Below are positions 45,291 through 55,254 of a stretch of DNA of 64,000 nt, piece by piece. Source of the DNA: Bdellovibrionales bacterium (GTDB lineage: Bacteria; Bdellovibrionota; UBA1018); assembly GCA_947380295.1 (NCBI GenBank), contig CANCQK010000009.1, positions 37,460 to 101,459 on the forward strand, in the 5' to 3' direction. The notes under the pieces were generated by a model. It worked only from the letters and a program-made list of their open reading frames with translations. It was not told where the DNA came from and did not search any database. The position numbers and the translations under genes are program-made. Positions within the stretch are counted from its first letter, which is position 1; every line of letters begins with the position of its first letter.

Positions 45291-48095
45291 TTATTTAAGT
45301 GACTGGCGTAGGACGTAAGGCAAGATTCCACCGTGCTTAAAGTACTCAAGTTCATTTGGAGTGTCGATGCGAACTTGAGTGGTTAAGGTTCGGGATTTGC
45401 CGCTTTCGTCGGTGACCTTGACTTCGAGTTTCTGGCCAACTTGAAGAGCTCCAAGTCCCAGAATTTCAAAAGTTTCAGTTCCTGTGAGTCCGAGTGTCTG
45501 AGCAGACTCGCCCGGTAGGTATTGCAGAGGCAAGATTCCCATTCCAACTAAGTTGGAGCGGTGAATTCGCTCAAAGCTCTCGGCGATCACAGCTTGGATT
45601 CCTAAAAGCTTAGGACCTTTGGCAGCCCAGTCACGAGAGGACCCAGTGCCATACTCCTTGCCTGCGAGCACGATCAACGAAACCCCATCGGCTTGGTACT
45701 GCATTGAAGCATCGTAGATGCTCATTTGCTTGCCGGTAGGAAGATGGCGGGTGACGCCGCCTTCAATTCCGGGCACCAAGAAATTCTTCAAGCGGATATT
45801 GGCAAACGTCCCTCGGACCATGACTTCATGGTTTCCGCGTCGCGCGCCGTAGGAGTTGAAGTCCTTGGGTTGTACGCCCAGTTCGACCAGGTACTTACCA
45901 GCAGGTGTAGATTTCCCAATTGAGCCGGCAGGTGAAATATGGTCCGTCGTGACTGAGTCTCCCAAGTGGGCCAGAACCCGGGCACTTCGGATATCCTTAA
46001 GCGCTGCAGGTTGTGCCGTGATTCCTTCGAAAAATGGCGGTTCCTTGATGTAAGTCGAGGAGGAATCCCATTTATACAGGTCTCCCGTTGGGATCTGCAG
46101 CTTTTGCCATTCTTCAGAGCCAGTAAAAACGTCAGCATAGCTCTTGGTGAACTGAGCAGCAGTCACGTGCTGTTGGACTGCTTGAGCAACTTCTTGTGAG
46201 GTTGGCCAAATGTCCTTGAGATAAACGGGTTGGCCCTTGGAGTCTGCACCCAGCGGGTCAGTTGCCAAGTTCATGTTGATGTTTCCAGCTAAGGCGTAAG
46301 CCACGACCAGAGGTGGAGAGGCCAGGTAGTTGGCTCGGACGTGTGGATTGACTCGGCCTTCGAAGTTTCTGTTTCCAGAGAGAACAGAAACGACTGCTAA
46401 ATCACCGTCGGTGACTGCTTTAGCAATCGGATCAGGCAGTGGTCCGCTGTTTCCAATGCAGGTGGTGCAGCCATAGCCGACTAAGTTGAACTTGAGCTGC
46501 TCCAGGTAAGTGAGCAAGCCGGCTTCAGCCAGGTAGTCGGTGACTACTTTGGAGCCGGGAGCTAAACTGGTTTTCACCCAAGGTCTCACTTTTAAGCCCT
46601 TTTCGACGGCTTTCTTAGCGAGCAAGCCTGCAGCCATCAAAACGCTTGGATTTGAGGTATTGGTGCAGCTGGTGATTGCTGCAATGACGACCGATCCGTG
46701 ACAGAGGTTGAATTGCGCTGGCATTTCTTGGACTGCGACGGTTTTCCCGAGGAGCCCGAGTGAAGCATCAGGGTGAGCCGATGCAAGCTCAGGAGGAGTG
46801 GTGCCGCCTTGGGTAGGTTGGTCCACCCAAGCGGACTGAGCTTGAGTGTCGCCATCCTTGAGTTGGTTTTGGAAAAGAGTCAGCATGGATTGACGGAATG
46901 ACTTCCGGGCTTGGCCTAATGCGACGCGGTCTTGAGGTCGCGCCGGACCTGCAAGGCTGGGTTCGACTTTGGAGAGGTCAAGTTCCAGGTGGTCTGAGTA
47001 CTCGGGCTCGGCTTGTCCGGCTTGGTACCATAGGCCTTGCTCTTTAAAGTACGCCTCGACCAGAGCAACGGAATTTCCACGTCCGGTGAGTCGGAGGTAG
47101 TCTGTCGTGACAGAGTCCACAGGGAAAATCCCGAGAGTTGCACCGTACTCAGGAGCCATATTGGCCAACGTCGCTCGGTCCGCAAGGGAGAGCTGACTGA
47201 GGCCGGGGCCGTAGAATTCAACAAACTTGCCCACTACGCCTTTTTTGCGAAGCATCTGAGTGACCATTAAAACCAAGTCAGTCGCGGTGGTGCCTGCTGC
47301 CATTTGTCCGGAGAGTTTGAACCCAACGACATGTGGGATCAACATGGAGCAAGGCTGTCCGAGGAGCGCAGCCTCCGCTTCGATGCCACCGACGCCCCAA
47401 CCGAGGCAGCCGAGTCCATTGATCATCGTGGTGTGAGAGTCCGTGCCGACGAGAGTGTCTGGATAAACCCATTCTTCACTGCCCTTCTTGGAGGTCATTG
47501 CAACGTGGGCAAGGTATTCCAAGTTGACTTGGTGGACGATCCCGGTGTCGGGCGGTACGACTCTAAAATTTTGGAATGCTTTTTGGCCCCACTTGAGAAA
47601 CTGGTAACGCTCAGAGTTTCTTTCAAACTCAAGTTCGGCGTTGATGTGAAACGCGTCAGCTGTGCCATAGGCATCGACTTGGACCGAATGGTCGATGACC
47701 AAGTCGGCGGGCTGAAGTGGGTTGATGAGATTGGCATCACCGCCCAGTTTTTTAAGGGCTGCGCGCATTGCGGCTAAATCTGCAACTGCAGGAACCCCTG
47801 TGAAATCCTGGAGAAGGACTCGGGCTGGCATGAATTGAATTTCATCGTTTGGAGTGGCTTTGGAGTTCCATCGAGCCAGTGCTTCGATGTCTTTCTTTTT
47901 AACTGCGACGCCGTCTTCTTGGCGGAGTAAGTTTTCAAGCAAAATTTTTAGCGAGAAGGGGAGTCTTGCTAGATCTGTTTTTGTGGCCTGAGCAAAATTC
48001 TTCAGGGAGTGGTAGTGGTAGTTTTTGCCTCCGACGGAGAGCGTGGCTTTTGTGCCAAAACTGTTCAAGTTCTGAGTCGTATTCTGCGTTGACAT
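45291..48095 (-). CDS. acnA: aconitate hydratase A
   Basis: The N-terminus MSTQNTTQ...[10 protein letters not shown]...[14 protein letters not shown] aligns with E. coli AcnA, and the protein is about 934 aa. The upstream in-frame extension of the ORF is probably not translated. Confidence 0.95.
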   Translation of the reverse strand: MSTQNTTQNLNSFGTKATLSVGGKNYHYHSLKNFAQATKTDLARLPFSLKILLENLLRQEDGVAVKKKDIEALARWNSKATPNDEIQFMPARVLLQDFTGVPAVADLAAMRAALKKLGGDANLINPLQPADLVIDHSVQVDAYGTADAFHINAELEFERNSERYQFLKWGQKAFQNFRVVPPDTGIVHQVNLEYLAHVAMTSKKGSEEWVYPDTLVGTDSHTTMINGLGCLGWGVGGIEAEAALLGQPCSMLIPHVVGFKLSGQMAAGTTATDLVLMVTQMLRKKGVVGKFVEFYGPGLSQLSLADRATLANMAPEYGATLGIFPVDSVTTDYLRLTGRGNSVALVEAYFKEQGLWYQAGQAEPEYSDHLELDLSKVEPSLAGPARPQDRVALGQARKSFRQSMLTLFQNQLKDGDTQAQSAWVDQPTQGGTTPPELASAHPDASLGLLGKTVAVQEMPAQFNLCHGSVVIAAITSCTNTSNPSVLMAAGLLAKKAVEKGLKVRPWVKTSLAPGSKVVTDYLAEAGLLTYLEQLKFNLVGYGCTTCIGNSGPLPDPIAKAVTDGDLAVVSVLSGNRNFEGRVNPHVRANYLASPPLVVAYALAGNINMNLATDPLGADSKGQPVYLKDIWPTSQEVAQAVQQHVTAAQFTKSYADVFTGSEEWQKLQIPTGDLYKWDSSSTYIKEPPFFEGITAQPAALKDIRSARVLAHLGDSVTTDHISPAGSIGKSTPAGKYLVELGVQPKDFNSYGARRGNHEVMVRGTFANIRLKNFLVPGIEGGVTRHLPTGKQMSIYDASMQYQADGVSLIVLAGKEYGTGSSRDWAAKGPKLLGIQAVIAESFERIHRSNLVGMGILPLQYLPGESAQTLGLTGTETFEILGLGALQVGQKLEVKVTDESGKSRTLTTQVRIDTPNELEYFKHGGILPYVLRQSLK

Positions 48096-48222
48096 GATCA
48101 CCTCGTTTTTTGTCCATGAAACACTAGCGAACCGCTGGTTAAATCGCAAGCAAAACCGGCCGCAATTGATGGGTTGCATAATGAGCGATTTTCTGGCCTA
48201 ATTTCGCCTGGAGAACACCCGC

Positions 48223-49062
48223 ATGAACTGGCTACAAATCATCTTACTTTCCCTTGTGCAAGGCGCTGCAGAGCTCCTGCCTGTCTCAAGTTCGGCTCAC
48301 GTCATTGTGGCGGAGAAGATGATGGGTCTCGATCCGTCGAGCCCTGCGATGACCTTTCTCCTAGTGATGCTCCATACGGGGACTATGGGTGCCGTGTTGC
48401 TGTATTTCTGGCCCCGGTGGAAAAAGTTGGACCGCGAGTTTTTTAAAAGGGTTCTGGTCGCCACAGCTGTGACCGGTGTGATTGGTTTGGCCCTTAAAAA
48501 AGGGATTGAAGTGGTGATTTTGGAGAAACTTCTCGGGCATGAAAAAGGGGAGATCGAATCGCTTTTTAAGAGTCTGCCCTTGATCGGAGCCGCCCTTCTA
48601 GGGGTGGGCCTATTGATTACTTGGACTGGAATGCGCGAGCCAAACCCGTCAAAAAAGGGAAAAGCGCTAAACCTGGCTCACTCAGTTTGGATCGGCATGA
48701 TTCAAGGTCTTTGCTTACCTTTTCGTGGATTTTCCCGATCGGGCTCGACCATTTCTACCGGAATGCTTTTAGGCGTTTCTCGCCCTCTCGCTGAAGACTT
48801 TAGTTTTGCCTTGGCGGTGGTTCTGACTCCTCCTGTGGTACTGAAAGAACTGTATCGACTGATGAAATCCACCACTTCTGACGTCCATTGGAGTGAGATG
48901 GTCACTCCCGGGTTGATTGGGATGTTTTTTAGCTTTTTCGCCGGGTATTTTGCATTACGTTGGCTCTCCAGTTGGCTGGAATCCGGTCGTTGGAAGTATT
49001 TCGGCTTTTATTGTATTATGGCGTCGTGTGGTGTTTTTGCCTTAGTTTGGATGGGCTTCTAG
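48223..49062 (+). CDS. uppP: undecaprenyl-diphosphatase (BacA/UppP)
   Basis: It has the MNWLQIILLSLVQGAAELLPVSSSAHV motif, which is the classic UppP N-terminus, and multiple TM helices. Confidence 0.92.
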   Translation: MNWLQIILLSLVQGAAELLPVSSSAHVIVAEKMMGLDPSSPAMTFLLVMLHTGTMGAVLLYFWPRWKKLDREFFKRVLVATAVTGVIGLALKKGIEVVILEKLLGHEKGEIESLFKSLPLIGAALLGVGLLITWTGMREPNPSKKGKALNLAHSVWIGMIQGLCLPFRGFSRSGSTISTGMLLGVSRPLAEDFSFALAVVLTPPVVLKELYRLMKSTTSDVHWSEMVTPGLIGMFFSFFAGYFALRWLSSWLESGRWKYFGFYCIMASCGVFALVWMGF

Positions 49063-49162
49063 CAACCGGTTTGGGAGTTGACAACCGAGAAATCGAAACC
49101 ATGTTTAGGGTTAAAGTCCCTGTGAGTGGCATGAGCTGCCTCTTGTTAAAAAGGAGTTAAGT

Positions 49163-50083
49163 ATGGCGTGGTTAAAAAGAATCGTCCTGTTCATGGCTGT
49201 CAACCTCTTGGTTGTCGTCACACTCTCGCTGGTATTGAATGTTTTGGGCATTCAGCCCTATCTGACAGCCAGAGGGATTGATTACGGAAATTTGATGGCC
49301 TTTTGTCTGGTTTGGGGGATGGGCGGTGCTCTGATCTCTTTGGCGCTCTCTCGAGTGATGGCAAAATGGATGATGGGCGTTCAGGTTATTGACCCGAATA
49401 CCCGCGACCCTGAACTTCAACGTCTAGTTCAAACAGTCTATCAACTCGCTCGATCCGCTCATCTTTCTGGAATGCCAGAAGTGGGTATCTATGAATCCCC
49501 TGAAATTAACGCCTTTGCGACCGGCCCTACTCAGTCTCGCTCCTTGGTTGCCGTTTCCTCTGGTTTGTTGAATCGCATGCGCTACGAAGAACTCGAGGGC
49601 GTTCTGGGTCACGAAATCTCCCACATCGCGAATGGCGATATGGTCACCATGACCCTCCTTCAAGGGATCGTAAACGCCTTTGCTATGTTCCTGTCTCGAG
49701 TCATAGCATTTGCCATCTCTCAAGCGATGAGAGGCGACCGTGACGACCGAGACCGTGGAATGTCACCGTTTTTGTCTGCGATGGTTCAGATGGCCCTTGA
49801 GGTCGTTTTCATGCTTCTTGGCTCCATCGTGATCGCTTGGTTCTCTCGCTACCGAGAATTTAAAGCAGACGCGGGGGGGGCAAAGCTCGCTGGTCGGGAA
49901 AATATGATCCAGGCATTGGAAGCTCTGCGCCGGACATTTGAGGGGGTGGAACCAGCAGGTGCTCAGCCTGCAACGCTTCAGAACCTCAAAATCTCGAACC
50001 GTCCCGGAGGCGTCATGGCGCTCTTCTCCTCTCATCCTCCGTTGGAAGAGCGGATCGCCCGACTCCAGTCGGCCCGCTTTTAA
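49163..50083 (+). CDS. htpX: M48 zinc metalloprotease HtpX
   Basis: It has the HEISH zinc motif and TM helices, and ends ...FSSHPPLEERIARLQ. The RBS is aaaaggag. Confidence 0.9.
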   Translation: MAWLKRIVLFMAVNLLVVVTLSLVLNVLGIQPYLTARGIDYGNLMAFCLVWGMGGALISLALSRVMAKWMMGVQVIDPNTRDPELQRLVQTVYQLARSAHLSGMPEVGIYESPEINAFATGPTQSRSLVAVSSGLLNRMRYEELEGVLGHEISHIANGDMVTMTLLQGIVNAFAMFLSRVIAFAISQAMRGDRDDRDRGMSPFLSAMVQMALEVVFMLLGSIVIAWFSRYREFKADAGGAKLAGRENMIQALEALRRTFEGVEPAGAQPATLQNLKISNRPGGVMALFSSHPPLEERIARLQSARF

Positions 50084-50107
50084 GTCTGGGTTTTGAGTCA
50101 TTTTGTA

Positions 50108-50165
50108 GTACTTTGGACCGTAGTCAAAATTGCAATGCAGTAATTTATACTAGGGTCCAAAGTAC
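50108..50165. repeat. long stem-loop (perfect 12-bp inverted repeat, 34-nt loop) between convergent htpX and the 50170..51540 gene
   Basis: gtactttggacc...(34 nt)...ggtccaaagtac. Confidence 0.6.
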
Positions 50166-50169
50166 TTCA

Positions 50170-51540
50170 TCAGAAAAGAAGTCTTTGGGCGTCCAATATT
50201 TCACGGACTTCGGCGTGGTTCGGAGTAGAGGCTATCTTTCTTACCTCCTCCCACAAGGAATACTCTAATGGTAGAAACTTGAACAACCTGAGGTCAGTTT
50301 GATCATGTAGCAAACGGCTCAGAAGTGCGGCGTTATTTTGCTTCACTGCTAATAGCAAAGCCAAGTTGAAGATGCTTTTCTGATGAATAAAGAAGTCAGA
50401 AACGCTTACTTTCTGCGCATTGATTAACTCTAAAACTGCACTGGAATCATCTCGATTCAGAGCGAGCATGAGAAGTCGGTGTGACGAAAAGACGCTCCAC
50501 AAGGAATAGGGTTGGTTCCTGATCTCTTGTGCAATCCACTGGATCGATTCTCTGAAAACTTTTGAGTCAAGGTGCCCAAACGTCCATCTAGAGACATTCT
50601 GAGTTCGGTAAGTTTCCAGGACTCGGCTAGCCTCGGGTGAAGGCGCTTGATTTTGTGCTTCGGTTTCTATCTGAATTACCGTGTGTTCCTCTGAGGGTAC
50701 GGGCATAGGAGTTTGAAGGACAGGATTTTGTAAAAATTGGGGTTGTGATGCAATCCAGTCTAGAATCTCTATGTAGAGAGGGATCGTAGGAAAGAGTTGT
50801 CTCCATTCGCCATTCGCAGTCAGAGTCATATCGTAAGGGAATGTCCCAAAACCTTCGCTTTCTAGTTCGTGTTTGAAACGAGATTCCACCTTTTTGCCCA
50901 AAGTTGAAAATTGCGTACTCCAGGGTCGGAGGTCCACACACCTGTCCAATCGGAATTGATTAGCTAGCCAAGAACTCCCGTGAATTCCTGCGCAGCCAGT
51001 CGCGATGAGCGTAGGGTATACCCAGGGTTGCTCATTGAAATTTAACGCAGAATTTAAACTGATTCCCGTAATTGCCGTGAGGACCCCTCCCGCCATGCCG
51101 AGAAAACAAGTGGAGAAATAGTGATTTCGATCCCAATGGACGAGAACGCTTCGCATGCGTGAATTCAGTATCTCGAGTTCCTTTTTTAGAAGATCGGACT
51201 CCACGGGTGAGATGGGCTGGTGGCGTCGAATCAGATCCAAAGCCTCAAGGCGGTAGGAGATTAATTCAGGAGAGCTCATATCTTGAAGCGCAACTTGCAG
51301 GGATTCGACCCCTTTAAGGATGTTAGATTCGGACAGTCCTTTAGGATTGAGAAAAAGAGACTGTTTGGAGGTTCTCGGCTCCGAGGCTACCTGGAGCAGT
51401 AGAGCTTGATATCGGTCCAAAGTAGCCCGGATCTGATCAGGACTTAAAGGAATTGCGAAGCTGGCTTTAGGGTAAAGAGTTATCGACCCGAGGATGAATA
51501 GAGCCGGAAAAAAGACTGAAGTGAGTTTAAGTTTTTTCAC
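50170..51540 (-). CDS. hypothetical secreted/membrane protein
   Basis: A GTG start gives the signal peptide VKKLKLTSVFFPALFILGSITLYPKASFA. Internal hydrophobic segments are present. I recognise no domain. Confidence 0.45.
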   Translation of the reverse strand: MKKLKLTSVFFPALFILGSITLYPKASFAIPLSPDQIRATLDRYQALLLQVASEPRTSKQSLFLNPKGLSESNILKGVESLQVALQDMSSPELISYRLEALDLIRRHQPISPVESDLLKKELEILNSRMRSVLVHWDRNHYFSTCFLGMAGGVLTAITGISLNSALNFNEQPWVYPTLIATGCAGIHGSSWLANQFRLDRCVDLRPWSTQFSTLGKKVESRFKHELESEGFGTFPYDMTLTANGEWRQLFPTIPLYIEILDWIASQPQFLQNPVLQTPMPVPSEEHTVIQIETEAQNQAPSPEASRVLETYRTQNVSRWTFGHLDSKVFRESIQWIAQEIRNQPYSLWSVFSSHRLLMLALNRDDSSAVLELINAQKVSVSDFFIHQKSIFNLALLLAVKQNNAALLSRLLHDQTDLRLFKFLPLEYSLWEEVRKIASTPNHAEVREILDAQRLLF

Positions 51541-51891
51541 AGGCGGAAAGCTAAGCCGTAAGTTTAAGAAAAACAAGTCTTTTTGAGGAGTTCGGGCAGG
51601 TGGCTGCAGGTGGCTACAGGGACGGAGCCACAATACGTCTCAGGTTCAGCACTTAGCCGACTCGGCGTTCTAAATTCAGTTTGTATAAATTTCTTAGGCA
51701 AATGAGTCAGACAAAGAAGCGAGAATTCGACTGGCGGGATCTGCTTGATTCTAGATAAATCCGCAATCCTTGGGTTTTTTATGAAGATAGTCGCAATTTT
51801 GATGTCGTCTTATAGAATTTGGACGCGCCAAGGCATTGTCCCATCTGGAGCCGAGGAAAAGTAGGCTGGATTGAGTTTCGAGGCGGTCCAC

Positions 51892-52611
51892 TTAGGTCGG
51901 TGAAGCTCGGGCACTGACTTGAGATCTAGCGAAAAGCTGTTCCTTCAGATGGGTTTCCATTTTTCTGACCCACAGGGCATCACCAATGAAGTGGCTCAAG
52001 AACTGGGTCCAGCTGACAGTAAATTGCTCAAGGTATTTGCGAAAGAGGACCCGATAAGCTCGCTGCCTCTCTTCGGGTGTATTTCCTAGGTCGACATACC
52101 ACTCAGGAGGCGTGAGGTGTTTGGTCCATTCATCAACTATCCCATGGGCGTAAAAGCGGTAGGAGTTCCAGAAGAAATGCCTGAGTTTCTCGAGTTTCAC
52201 CATTCCAGCACGGATTGGGTTTGCCTCGATGTAAAAATGAACCCTCATTTCTGATTCAGTACCGCCAATCAGAGGAGTCTTCGGGCGTTCATTGGCAACT
52301 TTGCCCGAGCGGTTAAATGCTCGGTTGAATCGCATTCCAAAAGTGCCGTGAGCAACTCGCATGAAGTGAGAGAGCTTGGAGGCTCCGTTTCTGTAACTCA
52401 TTTGTTGGTGAACGTGGTTACTCATGAGGCAGAATGAGTGGATTTGGACCGAGTTGTCTGATCCCCGGTGTTTAAGGCCGTAAATCAGACTCTGAAAGAA
52501 CAATTCTTTTGCCCCGTTGCGCTCGAGTAGATAGGCACTGTCGTGACACTTCCAAAATAAGTGAACCATTCCGGAAGGTTGAGATAAAACTTGGTAACGG
52601 GAGATACGCAT
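51892..52611 (-). mobile_element. REP-associated tyrosine transposase (RAYT) / IS200-like Y1 transposase
   Basis: It has an HuH motif (CLMSNHVHQ), and its length of about 240 aa is typical of RAYTs. I saw no obvious flanking REP palindromes. Confidence 0.7.
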
Positions 52612-52652
52612 AATGAGTAGATCAGGTGAAAGAAGTGCGCCAACTCAAGCTC

Positions 52653-52712
52653 CGTCCCCGTTTCCTGCCACCGCTTCGTCCCCGTTTCCTGCCACCGCTT
52701 CCTGCCCCGTTG
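52653..52712. repeat. 24-bp direct tandem repeat, about 2.5 copies (cgtccccgtttcctgccaccgctt)
   Basis: Units at 52653-52676 and 52677-52700 are identical, and a partial third copy follows. It sits immediately upstream of the RAYT start. Confidence 0.8.
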
Positions 52713-52840
52713 ATTTTTTGACGCTTAACGCGGCCCCGCTGAAACCTGATAAAAAATTCCCTACTTCATATACTCGACTCCCTAAAATAAAAGACTTTCC
52801 TTGCACTAAAAAAATTGCCTGCGTAAAATTAAACTAAGTT

Positions 52841-53659
52841 ATGGAAAGCATTAATAACAGCCAAGGATTTTGGCAAAATGGGACCGCCCCGAGAGCACAA
52901 CTCCTAGGGCTTAAACTTCTTTTAATTGCGACTGCAGTTGCCTGGCTCGCTCTGGTGGGCATCGCTTGGAGCGAGGCTCAGGCTGCAACTCCTGGCTCAG
53001 AGGGGGACTCTGATGAGCCAGGACGCGAGTCTAAGTCGGATGAGTATAATTTTAGCTGGCTTGATCCCGATAAAAAAATCTATGTTCTGCAAAACCGCAA
53101 GTATGTAAAAACTGGCCACCCCATCCTCAGCGTGATGGGAGGGGGCAGTATGTCCAACTCTTACCGAAATGTTTATAGCGTGGACGGGCGATTTGCCTAC
53201 TACATGTCTGAGTGGCTGGGCATTGAGGCATTTTATACTAACTTTTTTAACAGCACGAACTCCACCTTTACGGCTCTCAGCAAGGCGTCAACGGGCATGC
53301 CGAGTATCCGAGAGATTCAGAGCCAGGTGGGCGCCATGGTTCATTTTGTTCCTTGGTACGCAAAAATAAATGTGTTCAATGCGATCCTCTATTTTGACTG
53401 GTACTTTGGAGTTGGGCTGGCAAGCATGTCGACGCAGGTTGACTTAAGACAAAACTTTTCGGCAGCTGCTAATTACTCGCCTCAATCACTTTTGGGTGTG
53501 ACCTTGAGTACTGGGAATGAATATTACTTCTCACGGAGTTTCATCTTTAGGTGGGACGTGACTGGAACAGTCTACTCAGCACCCGTGAGTGGTTTATCTG
53601 GCGAAAGTACGTTGTTTTCAAATATTAATTTTGCAGCGGGGCTAGGTTGGAGAATCTAA
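52841..53659 (+). CDS. outer-membrane beta-barrel protein (GltA/GltB-like)
   Basis: It has a signal peptide and alternating amphipathic strands. It is 272 aa and is the first gene of the Glt-like cluster. Confidence 0.5.
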   Translation: MESINNSQGFWQNGTAPRAQLLGLKLLLIATAVAWLALVGIAWSEAQAATPGSEGDSDEPGRESKSDEYNFSWLDPDKKIYVLQNRKYVKTGHPILSVMGGGSMSNSYRNVYSVDGRFAYYMSEWLGIEAFYTNFFNSTNSTFTALSKASTGMPSIREIQSQVGAMVHFVPWYAKINVFNAILYFDWYFGVGLASMSTQVDLRQNFSAAANYSPQSLLGVTLSTGNEYYFSRSFIFRWDVTGTVYSAPVSGLSGESTLFSNINFAAGLGWRI

Positions 53660-55254
53660 GTCATTCGACAGGAAGTCAGGGCTGCGCAAAAATCCTTACG
53701 GGGCTTCTGGTTGTCGGGAGCTTCCTAGGGGGTTCTTTGCCAGTGGAGGCAAACTCTCAAGCTCAGGGGCGCCAGTATCTGAATGAGGCCTCTGAGTTTT
53801 ATAAAAAAGAGGATTACTTCAAATCGGCTCGGTATGCTTTTGCCGCTCTTCAGGAGGATCCGTCCTTGCGATCGGATGCTTACGCCTGGGTGACGCAGGG
53901 CCTGATGCACGCGGGCTTGCCCAATCATGCCTCGTATTTTTTCATTCGAACCCTGCAAGAGGGAAACAAGGCTGCAATTCGATCCGTTCTCACTCAGTCC
54001 GAAGATCTCATGCTCGTGGTTGGGGCGGACTTGATTCGAAAATATATGGTGCGCCACACGACAGTCGATCAATACAATGAGACGAATCGTGGGGCTTTTT
54101 ACTATTCACTCGCGAAAGAGGCCCTTCTTGGAGGGGATTCCGTAAAAGCTCTGGAATACCTCAAGGGCATTAACTCAAGTAGCCCTCTCTGGCCCTATTC
54201 GTTGCAGTTGAGTGGTACCGCTCACGCTTTATTGGGCCAGAATTTTGAAGCCATTCGGGACTTTAAAGGGTGCGCAACGGATGCGACTCGAATCAAGAGT
54301 CGCAGGAATCTTCAGCTCCTCCACGTTGAAAATGTTGAGCACGAGGTTGCGGATTTAAAGGCGCGGTGTCAGGCGGGCGAGGCTCGGACACTCTATCAAA
54401 TGGAAAAGTTTGAAGATGCTGAGCGCGTCTTTGATTGGGTTCCCAAGGCGAGTTTTGTCTGGCCAGATATCTTATTTGAACAGGCCTGGAACTCATTTAG
54501 TCGGTCTCAACTGAATCGAACGTTGGGGCGACTCGTGTCCTATAAGAGTCCTACGCTGGGATTTGTATTCAACAGTGAAGTGGATGTGCTTAGGGCTCAA
54601 ACTTATTTAGCGCTCTGTCTTTATCGTGACGCTAATCAGGCGATTCAGGATTTTCATACAAAATACACCCCCATTGGAGAAGAGATTAAAGACTACGTCG
54701 AACGTCATTCGTCCAATCTTCCTGAGTTTTATAATCTCGGTAAAAAGGTTTTAAAGGCTCCGCTGGATTCGGATAATGGCTTTAACCACGTGATCAATCG
54801 GTTCGTGCGAGGGGCCTACTTTCAAAATCTAGTGTTTAACGATTCACAGCTGAAAAAAGAGCACGATAAAATTTGGCAATTGGATAAGGCCCAATCAGGG
54901 GTGAGTCACCAGCTGGGTCGTGGATTTCCAGGGTTTTTGGATCAAGTGAGTCACTGGCGGTCTCGAACGATCCAACTCTTGGGTGGTGCCTACGTTAAAA
55001 ATAGTTTGATGGACTATCATGCGGCGTTGATTGAAGATTTTGAGAAAATCTCTTTCATTAAGTTAGAAATGCTCAAGGATGCAAAAGAGAAACTCATGGG
55101 AGTTGAACATCCTGTGCAAGAACAACAAAGAGCCAGGGGAAATGCAAAACCCGTGCGTCGTGACGACCAGTACGAGTGGTCATTTATCGGGGAATTCTGG
55201 TTTGATGAACTGGGGGACTATGTTTTTGCCTTGGAATCCGAATGCAAGAGCTAG
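53647..55254 (+). CDS. TPR-like helical-repeat protein (GltE/AglT-like)
   Basis: It has a signal-like N-terminus and TPR-like helices (...EASEFYKKEDYFKSARYAFAAL...). Confidence 0.45.
   Translation: MENLSHSTGSQGCAKILTGLLVVGSFLGGSLPVEANSQAQGRQYLNEASEFYKKEDYFKSARYAFAALQEDPSLRSDAYAWVTQGLMHAGLPNHASYFFIRTLQEGNKAAIRSVLTQSEDLMLVVGADLIRKYMVRHTTVDQYNETNRGAFYYSLAKEALLGGDSVKALEYLKGINSSSPLWPYSLQLSGTAHALLGQNFEAIRDFKGCATDATRIKSRRNLQLLHVENVEHEVADLKARCQAGEARTLYQMEKFEDAERVFDWVPKASFVWPDILFEQAWNSFSRSQLNRTLGRLVSYKSPTLGFVFNSEVDVLRAQTYLALCLYRDANQAIQDFHTKYTPIGEEIKDYVERHSSNLPEFYNLGKKVLKAPLDSDNGFNHVINRFVRGAYFQNLVFNDSQLKKEHDKIWQLDKAQSGVSHQLGRGFPGFLDQVSHWRSRTIQLLGGAYVKNSLMDYHAALIEDFEKISFIKLEMLKDAKEKLMGVEHPVQEQQRARGNAKPVRRDDQYEWSFIGEFWFDELGDYVFALESECKS

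Noticed and set aside
48096-48179. N-terminal extension of the acnA ORF ([13 protein letters not shown]...)
   Set aside because: The alignment to AcnA begins at MSTQNTTQ... and the extension has no homology, so the true start is more likely at 48095.
52653-52712. Possible CRISPR array
   Set aside because: There are only about 2.5 directly abutting repeat copies with no spacers. There are no cas genes in the window.
52613-52837. 74-aa ORF encoding SPFPATAS repeats
   Set aside because: The periodicity comes from the 24-bp DNA tandem repeat. There is no RBS or other coding support, so I treat it as non-coding repeat DNA.
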